NCBI RefSeq assembly: GCF_902652985.1
Contig: NC_047017.1
Coordinates: 1,116,001-1,180,000, forward strand
Source: Pecten maximus
Lineage: Eukaryota
Direction: 5' to 3'
DNA length: 64,000 nt
Shown here one piece after another: positions 13,523 through 25,843 of this stretch; position 1 is the first letter of the stretch, and each line of letters opens with the position of its first letter. The notes under the pieces were generated by a model that worked only from the letters and a program-made list of their open reading frames with translations, made no database searches and was not told where the DNA came from. The position numbers were made by a program, and so were the translations under genes.

Positions 13523-14385
13523 TAAGGGCTGATGCAATGGTAAAGCTTTTGAAAAGTTGTGAGCTTCATTTTGAAGAATTTGAATTTTGCCGGACATATT
13601 TTTCATCATAATCCCCTTCAGTATCTATACACTTTTGTCAGCAGTGTTTAAGGGCCTCAATGCCGCTTTTATAGAACTCTTTTTCTGGGCTGTTCAGAAA
13701 GTCATCCACTGCATTTGTGACGTCATTATCGGACTGAAAGTGGGTGCCTGATATAGCTGCTTTCAGTTTTGGAAAAGATGAAAGTCTAATGGAGCGAGGT
13801 CAGGTGAATAAGGCGGTGCTCAATCAATTTAAAGCCACAATCGTGATTGGCAACCATGGCAATGGCAGACTTGTGAACATGAGCATTGTCCTGATGTATA
13901 ACACACATTTAGTGTGTTTTCCGCGGCGCTTAAGTTTAATATTTTCCCATAACTGCCTAAGAAGTAAAGCATAGTAGGTGCCATTGATTGTTTGTCTCTT
14001 TTGAAGATAATCTCTCAACAGAATACCATCGGCATCCCAGAAAACCGAGGCCATAACCTTCCCAGCTGATGGAACAGTCTTTGCCTTCTTTGGCGGGGAG
14101 AGCCAGGGTGCTTGCATTGTTTCGATTGTTGCTTGGCCTCTGGGATAAAATGGTGGACCCATGTTTCATCTATAGCGACAAATCTCCGAAGAAGGTTGGC
14201 AGAATCTTCCTCAAAAAGGCTTGAAATTAGTACGCGATAATGTGCGCCCAGTGTGCTTCTGATCAACTGTCAAAAGTCTTGGTACCCATTGGGCCGAATG
14301 CTTTCTCATTGCAAGATCCTCGATCAGAATGGAATGTACTCTTTCCTTTTGAATGCCTACTCTACTGACTATATATCTTTCAGGA
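13523..14385 (-). mobile_element. Mariner (DD34D, irritans/Himar-like) transposon relic, 5'-truncated, 3' TIR interrupted by a ~16-bp insertion
   Basis: WVPRLL, DETWVHHF, PPKKAKTVPSAGKVMASVFWD, YSPDLAP-type motif and KCIDTEGDY; terminus taagggctgat...tgaaaagttgtgagc matches the end of the second copy. Confidence 0.93.
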
Positions 14386-15267
14386 GTCATTTTCAAGGCC
14401 CTATTGGCCGCGCTTAAATTTATCATTTCTTTTTCCATTGACCCACCAACCAATCGGATCGATCCAAGTTCTATCTCCAGTTTGCGGACATCTATAACCC
14501 AACTCTAAATGATTCCACAAATTTTATACCGTCGTCAAATACGAAGTTTGTACTTCAGACTGTATATTTATTAAACAGGTGTTAGAGCTGATCAGGACAG
14601 GTCTGAATCCATTTAGATTAAGTTTTTTTTTTTTTAATTATTGTTATTTCCAGTTTGTTAAGTCACCAATTCACATTTGTAATCATAATAGTGCTAAACA
14701 TATAGTATAATAACATGTACATACACGCAGATATGGAGAAACCTACATTGTTTTGGCATATACGGACGCTAAATTGTAAAAGTGTCTTTAATACTTCCCG
14801 GACGTGAAAACGTCACTTGATGTACGAAATCGCTTAGGAAACGGTGATCTCGTAGGATGGAAAAGGCATCTGCAACACGCAAACTATTTTATGTATAAAT
14901 GGCGAGATTTTTCAGATGTCCTTCCATCAATTGGATATAGTACTCGGGAATCTGATGGTTTTTTTTCATTCTTCGACTTCATTTTAATGGGCTCTTTCTG
15001 CTTGTCACCTGGCAGTTCAGGTCATATCTGAAGTAGCCATACTAGCTGTTTGAGTCGTGTGTTGGTACATAGTATGTGACCGTTATCCCCAATGTTTACA
15101 ACATGTGTCAACGAGACGCCGGCTCGCTTACCTTCACTACCGATAGGTAAAATTACAATAGGATATCTTATATCAGTAATGGGTTTTAAATAAGCAAAAG
15201 AACATTTGATATAGTTTTATTGTATACAATGTGATCAATATCTCTGTCGTTGATATGTTAGCGTGGC

Positions 15268-15531
15268 GTAAGGTTATTCAAAGACAACCGTCTCTGACGA
15301 TGACGAGGGTCATTCAAAGACAACCGTCTCTGACGATGACGAAGGTCATTCAAAGACAACCGTCTCTGACGATGATGAAGGGTAATTCTAAGACAACCGT
15401 CTCTGACGATGACGAAGGATAATTCTAAGAAAATCGTCTCTGACGATGACGATGGAGGTCATTCTAAGATAGCAGTCTCTGACGACGACGAAGGATAATT
15501 CTAAGACAATCGTCTCTGACGATGACGAAGG
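15268..15531. repeat. 36-bp minisatellite (ctctgacgatgacgaaggtcattcaaagacaaccgt), ~7 copies
   Basis: Direct periodicity. Confidence 0.95.
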
Positions 15532-15703
15532 TTGTCCCCATTGGGATTATGTCTATAATAAACATTATAGAAATATCGGAATAATGATTGATCGGTACTG
15601 GTCTATCAGTTGTCAACCAGGTTTATACAAGGCACTTAAATCAACAAAACCTTCAATATCAATTCAGTACTAATTAAATGCCGAATAATGAATATAAAAC
15701 TGT

Positions 15704-15920
15704 ATCATACAGCTGATTCGTCCTTCTGGGACTCGTCAGTGATGCTAGGGACATCATACAGTTGTGCCGTCCCTCTAGGACTAGTAAGTGATGCTAGGGA
15801 CACCATACAGCTATTTCGTCTTCATAGGTATCGTCAGTGATACTAGGGACATCATACAGCTGTATCGTCCTTCTGGGACACATCAGTGATGATAGGGACA
15901 TCATACAACTGTTTCGTTCC
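15704..15920 (-). ncRNA. Tandem array (49-bp unit, 4 copies plus a partial) of minimal type I hammerhead ribozyme motifs, each copy mutated
   Basis: Minus-strand consensus CAUCA-CUGAYGA-GUCC-CAGAA-GGAC-GAAAC-AGCU-GUA-UGAUG: stem I CAUCA/UGAUG, core CUGANGA, stem II GUCC/GGAC, GAAA, palindromic stem III ACAGCUGU, GUA cleavage triplet; units start at 15704, 15753, 15802, 15851, 15900. Confidence 0.85.
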
Positions 15921-15990
15921 AGGGCCAAACGTCTTGAAATCAAGACCAGCACGCGACGATTTAGAGAGAAGGAGACCAGTGTTTGGTGTG

Positions 15991-16627
15991 TATAATGACT
16001 ATTGTTTGGAATGAACGAGGGCCGAGTATGATTGATATTGTTTGGAATGGACGAGGGCCGAGTATGATTGATATTGTTTGGAATGGACGAGGGCCGAGTA
16101 TGATTGATATTGTTTGGAATGTACGAGGGCCGAGTATGATGGCTGTTGTTTGGAATTGACGAGGGCCGAGTATGATGACTATTGTTTGGAATGGACGAGG
16201 GCCGAGTATGATGACTATTGTTTGGAATGGACGAGGGCCGAATATAATGACTGTTGTTTGGAATGGACGAGGGCCGAGTATGATGGCTGTTGTTTGGAAT
16301 GGACGAGGGCCGAGTATGATGGCTGTTGTTTGGAATGGACGAGGGCCGAGTATGATGACTGTTGTTTGGAATGGACGAGGGCCGAGTATGATTGCTGTTG
16401 TTTGGAATGGACGAGGGCCGAATATGATTGCTGTTGTTTGGAATGGACGAGGGCCGAGTATGATGGCTGTTGTTTGGAATGGACGAGGGCCGATTATGAT
16501 GGCTGTTTTAAATGCTGTTGTTTGGAATGGACGAGGGCCGAGTGTGATGGCTGTTGTTTGGAATGGACGAGGGCCGAGTATGATGTCTGTTGTTTGGAAT
16601 GGACGAGGGCCGAATATGATTATTGGT
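15991..16627. repeat. 36-bp minisatellite (tgttgtttggaatggacgagggccgagtatgatggc), ~17 copies
   Basis: Direct periodicity; explains the CCLEWTRAEYDG repeat ORF. Confidence 0.97.
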
Positions 16628-19600
16628 GTTTACAGGAAGGCGAGATTTGCCTGTAACTCATCTGCGTCTATTTTTCATTTCACGTTATTGTCTTTCTTTA
16701 GTTTAGCCAGTAAATTCGGGTTATATAATACGTATGTGAATACAAGCGAGTGGTTCACAATCAGTTTCCATAGCGGAAATCAACATACACCAAATGAATT
16801 CTGGGTTTAAATTATATACCTTATGAAATAAATATGACTGTCTGAATCTCCCGCCGTTGGAGATGGAAGTAAGCGATTACAGTAGGCACCGATTAGTATC
16901 CGTCCCGGTAGTAACGCAATCAGATAGAAATTTCATTTTAATCAATCAGAGTGAGAAAATCAGAACTTCATTTATCAATAAGATGATAACTGCTAATATC
17001 AATATTTGGGATGTTTGGGTAAGATGGAGGCTTTATATATTCTCCTTACTTCTTTAACTCGATACATGTCCCCACCTGACGTTTCGGTGACAATTGGAGG
17101 ACATCACGCAGGTCCTTACCCTCACCAGAAATTCTATTTGGTTCTGTGATACAGGTCGCCATTACTTTCGGCGACAGCGGTGACGTGACTGTTGTCGATG
17201 AATCCGCGCGCAGTGTCAACAAGGGAGGCGCTAAAATAAGGAAAACGCCACATCGCGAGATTGGGTATTACAGGATAGTTCAAGTCTCATTACTTCTATC
17301 CCAAGTCTCATCAACACACAGATTGCTAATGCATCGAAAGGCGTACTAAAATGTCACCGGATGCGGTCGGAGACGGTTTTTACATCACCAGTTGATTCCT
17401 GGAATACTATCATTAAGCTGTGAAATCTCTCCAGCCCGTCATAAAAAATATACGGGATGTAATAAGGTTGGTGTAAAATAAATCTCAAATAGTAACACGC
17501 CTTTTTTTGTAATTGAAATAGGGGATAGAATTAGGATTTTTGGGAACATAATGTAGGCTTTCCTGTATTCATGTTTTACTAGAGGCAACACATTCTGGTT
17601 TAATTAAATGAATTCTTGAAAGGCATGTTAAGTCTATCTGTGGATCAACTTGTGTTTTCAAACCATGAATGAGTTCTATTCGTTGAATCATAACTACACT
17701 TTATATCAGAAATTGAAATATGTTTTACAGACGTGTAGATTTAAGTAACGTTCCACCGTATACCAACATATAGCTATAGTTTTTGTTACATTCTTTCTAA
17801 AGCACAAAAATGCATCAAGTTTACATACAATGAGAACCCGAAAACTGTTGTTTTTCTTTTCTGCCGCTGTATATAGATAGCTAGGATTAAAATTGCCGCA
17901 TTCCATATCACATTCCGTGTGTGCAGTGAGCAGTTAATGGCATTCCCATGTTGGAGCCAATATTTTCCTATTGTCTAATCAAGATTAAACATTTTAGCCA
18001 GTTCTGCACACGAGCCGTAATGGATTTGATACAAAACTTTGGCAATCACCTGCATGGCTTTGTCAGAACATCGTGCAGCAAAATGCACGTGCATATGGGG
18101 CGTGGCCAAAACCGAGAACTCGATCTGACCGGAACAGGAAACGGTAAGATTATAAGAAATGGAGAAGGGTCTTCTCTAGTAGCGGACGGACTGGTTACGT
18201 CACTCGACATTAAGTGATTCAGCGATAGATAAGTTAATTACTTTCCGAGATAAGGATATATCTTCTTCAATGCACGAAACAAATTACATTTTAATTGAGA
18301 TTATGTAATTTTTATAAAACCTATAGTGAACACGTGTGTGCATGATCGATGAATAAAAAGTGAAAAAAAAAAAAAAAAGCAACACTGGTTTAACCTGTTG
18401 AATCAGTGATTTACTGAATGTTACTGAAATATTATCTTGGAAAAGAAACAAGGATTCCTAATTTGGGAGGTGAAATTTAAAAACAAACTTATAATCTTTT
18501 ACGGCGACGAATCCTTATTCTCGATAATTCCATTACATAAATCATCAAATATCGATAAAATCGGACATGATTTGTCACGTAGTACATTTGACTTGTCCAT
18601 TAAGAGAATCAATAAAAATCTATTGAATGAGACATTATACAAGGGCTAAAACTCGAAAATCTCTCATAACAACTCCGTCTAATCTACGTAATCCCTCATA
18701 GGCTAGTTATCGGTTACCTTATATCACAGAGACTTGACCTTTCCAGGCTCAAATGTCTGACTGGAACTCTATATAGGTCATCGCTAATTGGTTGTCTGCG
18801 CACTGCCCGTCATCCGACATTGTCCGCGAGTTTTCCGCAAAGACGTCATTAGATTTCAGATATAATGTCTTGGTGTCTGAGCTCTAAACACACCGGGTGA
18901 CTTCCGGAAATCCAGGCCTTAAACAGAGCTGGACTTCCGGAACACGTCCATATCTGATATTATCTTTGTGTAAGGTAGACCCAATGATTAAGTCGTGTCG
19001 ATCGGTACGTATATATACGTCAGTTGTCATCGACCAGTCCGTACTCGGAGAAGCTCGGAATCGCAGGAAAGATATCAACGTATACAATAATTCAGACTGA
19101 TCTTGAGGACAAAAAATCTCTAAACATTCTCATTGATTTGACGTTTTCTGTTTTCCATGATTCACCCTTATGTACATGTCTATACAAAATAGTTTATTTC
19201 TCTATCAGGTTCACTGGCTGGGAGAATACTTTAAGATAATTGAATGAGTTCAGTTTTAAAGGTACTGATGCGGTGAAGAGCTTATGTTGCTCCACCCTCA
19301 CTTTTGGATTGGCGAGACTATATTTTAGGAAAAGTATCAACAATTGCAATAGAATGCATTATTTAGCTAGTTCTGATTGAAAACAATCAATCTGTTAAAA
19401 TCTCCGTGGGATCTCGCAGCAATCGCAGGTTCATATACAAACGCCAGCCGAGTTTATCTCTCATGTGTTGTCTTCAAATGGAAATAGAATGAACTTTCTA
19501 GATCCAATTATGTCAACTTAAAATAAAAATTACATGTAATCTCGAAAGGACTCACGTCAAAATTTAATCTGCGAGTAGTAAGGTCGTTAACTATTCCGGA

Positions 19601-20639
19601 AGTAGTCGACACCAGAGGTGACATCTGGTGACAGCCTACCAGTTTGATAATGGGAGAAAACTGTTGCAGAATGTCAGACTCTCCTCAGGCGGAACACTTT
19701 GTGTCAGATAAGGGGAAATTCACAGCGAGGCTAATTAGTCCTCACTTTTACACTGTTGTTTCTTTTTCTGTTGAATTCCATCAACGTCACAGCAGAATCT
19801 GTGGAAGCACGAAAGGCGATGGTGTATTGTCCGACTGTGCTCGTGTTGTAATGTACGTGGTAGATCTCTTTTATCTACCCCCTAAAATGTCTCCTATTCT
19901 TAGAATTATTTGACTAGATGAAGTAACTCCTTACTAGCCATAGAGCGATTCAGCGTGTTACGTCACCTCTCCGCTGGTCACTTTTTATTCGATTTTTTTT
20001 TTAATCAAGCACTACCTGGTTTTGAATAGAACCGTTTAGCCTCTTTATTCGAGATATGCGTGTCATCCGCCGTCATTGGTTAACTTCACCAATGGACTAG
20101 TGGTCAACTCCTATTCGGTAGAGATTGTGTTGGATTTAGCCCCTACGCTCTTTGAACGAGAAGTCGTCATTCAGATCAGTGCTCAGTTGAAATTTTGCAA
20201 GCAAGATTACTGCGTGATATTTGGATAAGTAGGGATTACACTGCCTTCAAAATGTTCATTGGCTATCGTTTACTAATTTTGTCATAATTATTTACATTCG
20301 ATGCTTGAAACAAAAAGCAGATAACTGCAGTTAGAAAATCGATAACATGTTTGCTTCTTTGTTTATCTGAAACCTAAGCGCACTGAATTCTGGGACCGGA
20401 AGTGTCTTCTCATTGGATCCGTGATTAACCGGATGGCGAGATAGAATCAAATATGGGGCCTCCGACACGAACTGCTGTGCACACATTGTGTCACATGACC
20501 TTAACTTAAGCTGTTGTGTACGCCGTGTCACGTGACTTCAGCTGCTGGGTTACTGTCGTCATATGATCTCAGAGGTCGTATGCAAATATATCACATGATT
20601 TTAGCTGTTGCATGGGCCAATAGATTATCCACTTCGCTG

Positions 20640-20925
20640 ATTGTATGACGCAAGGAAATATCAACCAGAGATCTAGAGGTGCTATATCCCTGATTGTAAT
20701 ATTCGAGGCCTTCCTCGCGGGTTTAAAGAACCTCATCTACCAAGAGTTGGGGCTGGAATCTTTCTTCCTATCAATTTGTTGTGAATCCTTGTTGATCCGT
20801 TGTCACTACACACATTCTCTCGTTGTAAACGTGACTTGGACTACACCCACCTAGAATAACATTGTGAGTGTCGCCGATGAAGCTGAAGACACGTTCACGT
20901 TCGGAACTCCTGGTGTTATCCATAG
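20640..20925 (+). mobile_element. Possible very degraded 3' end of a second Penelope-like copy
   Basis: gagtgtcgccgatgaagctgaagacacgttcacgttcggaactcctggt resembles the tail at ~10789-10836; protein signal upstream is very weak. Confidence 0.35.
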
Positions 20926-21133
20926 CTTTTTTCCTTTGTTATGTAGGTAGCCTTAAGTTTTGTATATGTTCTTGTTCCCTCAAATTGAGTGTGACGTCAT
21001 ATTTTTATATTCCTGTTATTCTTTATTTGGATTGCAGTACGTATAATGTGTTATGTTCGTCAGCGACGGAGAATCAAATGTTGATCGGAATGAGATTTTA
21101 TTTCACTCTGAATGCTATTATAAACACCAGTCA

Positions 21134-21345
21134 GTTGCATCCATATTGTACGAAGTCCCGTTGCATCCATATTGTACGAAGTCCCGTTGCATCCATATTG
21201 TACGAAGACCCGTTGCATCCATATTGTACGAAGTCCCGTTGCATCCATATTGTACGAAGTCCCGTTGCATCCATATTGTACGAAGTCCCGTTGCATCCAT
21301 ATTGTACGAAGACCCGTTGCATCCATATTGCACGAAGTCCCGTTG
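21134..21345. repeat. 26-bp minisatellite (gttgcatccatattgtacgaagtccc), 8 copies
   Basis: Direct periodicity. Confidence 0.97.
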
Positions 21346-23173
21346 ACCTTCTGTTGATATGGATGTAACCCATTGGCGTTAATATATTCATTGTATTGAT
21401 GCTTGAAACCCTATTCATTGTATACATAAGTTATAAGTATACTGCGATATAAGGTCGTTTTTTTTTTTGCTTAAATATGTACATTTCCGCAATTTTAACA
21501 CATTACAGATTTTTTGTTTGCGACCTGCACGTACATAAAGCAAGGTGTATGTTATAATTGCTTTGTCTCTGCAGGTCTTTCAATTTTTGTAAATTTTGTT
21601 GATGTAGAATTTATTCATTTTTATAAAAACGAGTCATATCAACTTACAATTATCACTCTGGTTATCCCGAATGGGTCTTACTGTGGGAGAAAACCCACGT
21701 GACCTGGCACGTGACCTCCATATACCTTTTTTTTCACATTCGACAGCCATGTTTCCATGGTTACTCAATCTATCCTACATGCATATGACTTGTGACGTAA
21801 TATGTATCCGAGATATGACGTAATACACAAACAATATGGTAATGATCTTTATCGTGTTTTAGATACAATGTCATGATGACAACCATGCAAAAATAAAAAA
21901 GACAAAATAAAAATAAATAAATAAATAAATAAAAAAAATAAGAATAAGAATAATAATTTAAAAAAAACAAGAAATATCTTTAAAAAAATAAACGACATAG
22001 TTTTAATGCTAGTGGTTATAATGTAAAACTACTGGTGAAATTAATTAACGAACTATTGCATTTCAGCACTGATAACAAAATTATATCAGTTTGGATCATT
22101 TTTTTGTGATAAGACTGCATTTGAATCAGGAATATAATTTTATTTATGTGTCATTTGAAAAGATACATCCACTTATTCAGCTTGCATTCAATCTTAACTT
22201 TGTTTCGTATTTAAATGCAAATCTGCATTTTGCATTTACGGCTACATTGACCAATCACATACTTCATCTTGACCAGTAACGCCACCTGTCGCGTCATATC
22301 CGGGGCCAAAAGAATATTATACGGCTATGCCGAAAAAAACGTCATTGTTACATTACGATTGCAGTGCGCTGTAAATACGCCATATTGATGTTATTTTAGT
22401 GTGAATGTATCCGAACCGTACTAGCCTGTCGCCATCTTTGGATGAGCGTACTATATGGTAGGATCATTACAATTGTAATATGGCTTATTGCAATCCTGTC
22501 CCACATAGATCATTGACATGTCGTCATCTGGATCAATCACAAACACAATAAATGGCACTTCTTTAGAAGATTCCATTTCGGGTGAAGCACGTACGTGCGA
22601 CACTGCGTGACAACATTTATCAAGGTATAATCAAGATCAAGCCGGCTTTTCAAAGAAATGAGAATCTGCCTAATTAACTAAACATGAATGTCTGAGCTTT
22701 GTTATATAAAGATTAGCTTCTTTAACTGTTGTTACTTACATGTATTTCTAATGATCAGTGGGAATGTCTGATTTTTTAGTTATGTCGTAAGGGGCCGTTT
22801 ACAGATTGATTGAGACAACACCTGAAACCAGTTCTCGCTCTAATTAGGACATCGCAGCAGATTCTGTATTATTTGTCAGCAGAATCAGTAAATTCAAATA
22901 TTATTCCAGGAAATGTCGTATTGGCACCGAAATATCGTATTCCTTTCGTTTTCTGGCGTTTTGTCCTCATTTTGTCGTATTCGTGGAAATATCGCTTGGT
23001 GTCAGTTCTATTGCATTCCAGATAATGTCGTTTGATGTCGTTTGATGTCAGTTATATTATATTCCAGAGAATGTCGTTTGGTCTCAGTTAAATTGTAGTT
23101 TACTCTTCATGACAACATGCCTAAAAATTGTTTGCAACGTCAAGCGATCTTTATCATATACCGATAGAAAATT

Positions 23174-23979
23174 TCTGAAGACTGGATCTGTGGTCCATAC
23201 CTACTCACACCGTAACGTGGTCTAAAGGAGGATAATTCATCTGAAGACTGGATCTGTGGTCCATACCTACTCGCACCATACCGTGGTCTAAAGGGAGATA
23301 ATTCATCTGAAGACTGGATCTGTGGCCCATACCTACTCACACCGTAACGTGGTCTAAAGGGAGATAATTCATCTGAAGACTGGATCTGTGGTCCATACCT
23401 ACTCGCACCATACCGTGGTCTAAAGGGAGATAATTCATCTGAAGACTGGATCTGTGGCCCATACCTACTCACACCATAACGTGGTCTACAAGGGAGATAA
23501 TCCATCTGAAGACTGGATCTGTGGCCCGTACCTACTCACACCGTAACGTGGTCTAAAGGGAGATAATCCATCTGAAGACTGGATCTGTGGCCCGTACCTA
23601 CTCACACCATAACGTGGTCTACAAGGGAGATAATCCATCTGAAGACTGGATCTGTGGCCCATACCTACTCACACCATAACGTGGTCTAAAGGGAGATAAT
23701 TCATCTGAAGACTGGATCTGTGGCCCATACCTACTCACACCATAACATGGTCTAAAGGGGAGATAATCCATCTGAAGACTGGATCTGTGGCCCGTACCTA
23801 CTCACATCATAACATGGTCTAAAGGGGAGATAATCCATCTGAAGACTGGATCTGTGGCCCATACCTACTCACACCATAACATGGTCTAAAGGGGAGATAA
23901 TCCATCTGAAGACTGGATCTGTGGCCCGTACCTACTCACACCGTAACGTGGTCTAAAGGGAGATAATTCCTCTGAAGAC
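23174..23979. repeat. 66-bp minisatellite (tctgaagactggatctgtgg(t/c)ccatacctactcacaccgtaacgtggtctaaagggagataattca), ~12 copies
   Basis: Direct periodicity; appears as a 22-aa repeat in the minus-strand ORF. Confidence 0.97.
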
Positions 23980-25843
23980 GATTGTCGGTCGTATTCTGCA
24001 ACTTTCTGAAGTTAGTCACCACAATTTATTCGAACAAAAAAAATGTTTATTCCATTTGAGAATAATTTGGTCTTAATATTACTTGGTAGTACTTGATTGT
24101 TTTACCTTGGTAACAATGGTCAGTTTTTGCACAGAATAGATAGTTCAGTTAGTGAAGTTAGCACTGGACAATGACAGATACATTTGTTTCCGTTTGGTTA
24201 AGGTGCTATAAGTAAACGTTAATGCTAGGTTACGGAATGTTGTAGGGTGAAGTCATTATCTCTGGATGTTAAAATTCTGGATTTATATAAAAAAAAGCTA
24301 TCTCTTACTACTCAATCTAGCAGCATGTTAATATTGTCAAATAGTGTCATACAGGGTTCACCTGCAGATCATTGAAAATAGCTTCCCGTGTAATTTCGCT
24401 GTAGTTTTGTTTCTCATGAAAATAATTACAATTTTCCTTGGATTACCATAGTTTGAAGCTGTGCGATAATACCATCTGTTAAGTAACTCGCTGTATGAAT
24501 AACAAAATGATTTTTTTTAATTAATTCGTGCCTGCTAAAAAACACGCCTTCTCTTGATTCGAACGATCACGTGACATCCCGTTATGTCGGTATACGAGGG
24601 GCGATTCTCTAAAACAAAGTGTATAACTTATAAACGCTGTATAAGCTTCCGAAGTTTTTAGCTCGAATTGGGATACTATAAGTATTGGTATATCCAGGAT
24701 ATGACATTCGATGTCTCTCTAGCATAGTTTGCGCGAATTTCCAGTGAGAAAGAGTTTCTAGAATAAAATCGCACTAGTATCATTTGAGATTCTATACATA
24801 GCTTCACTGACTTCAATTGATGGACCCAATTGGTCCCGAGCATAAACATGCTGACGTCAAACTGGTCAGTCTGCCGATGTCTGACATGTTGACGTCAAAC
24901 TGGTCAGTCTGCCGATAACACAATCATTATTATGAAATAAACACTTTTGTAAATAATTTTATAAGTAAATGTCCTGGGGTTAACAGAGTACACAGTATTA
25001 GTGTCTCTCACCATACTGAGAAATACTCTTCCGCCTTTTCCCTTGCCCCCATTTGCTACACATTTAAATCGTAACACGTCCCACCAGACTCGTGCGTTGT
25101 AACCAATTAAATCGCTCCATTCTACTCCCCTGGTACGCGTTGTAGAGAATGCATGAACATTACACGTCCGCGAACGAATTCCGGATTTTTAAATTTGTAC
25201 TTTTGATTAAGAGTTCAAGAAAATAATGGTGAGGGCAGCTATTTAGATTTCGCCTCCATTTCCCGAGGGTTGATGGTATAATTGTAAATAATCGTGACGT
25301 TGAGCAAATTAAAGGTTAAAAGGTTAAGATGGCGATTGTGTACCCGCACCAGGCTGAGTACAATATAATGATTATTTTGATTTTTTTTTTGGTGAAGTAA
25401 CCAATACAATCGTTCATTTTCTCAACCAATTAGTAAAGAGGAAAAATCTCCCGTCAATAATCTACATAACTGTTAGACAATTCATTTAATTAAGACTGAT
25501 GAGAATTAAATGAAAATGTTAGATTTTCTATTTGGCTTGACAAGTGATTTACGAGATTTTCGTCTTTCTTGCTGTCAACTATGTTAGGTTTGTTTAGCGA
25601 TAATTTGTCACACACTGTTGCTGTTGTTTTATTTCTGATTTAATGTAACCTAGGAAAACATTTTGTTATTAATCCTAAAATGTTAACCTCAATCAACTCA
25701 GTTACTCTGGGTTGGTAGAGACCTATAGGACGAGATCCTATACTCCTAACATGTTTACCTCAATAAACAGTTACTCTGGATTGGTAGAGTCCTATAGGCC
25801 GATATCGCTCTCAGAGATCCTATATTCTTAAGATATATAAGCT

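Noticed and set aside
16114-16810. Cys-rich metallothionein-like repeat ORF (CCLEWTRAEYDG)n
   Set aside because: 36-bp minisatellite open in two frames with no gene structure
25495-25535. CUGAUGA...GAAA hammerhead candidate (similar case at ~3172)
   Set aside because: No convincing stems I or II
25690-25830. Duplicated gtcc-tata-ggac-gaga hairpin resembling hammerhead stem II
   Set aside because: CUGANGA core and stem I are absent
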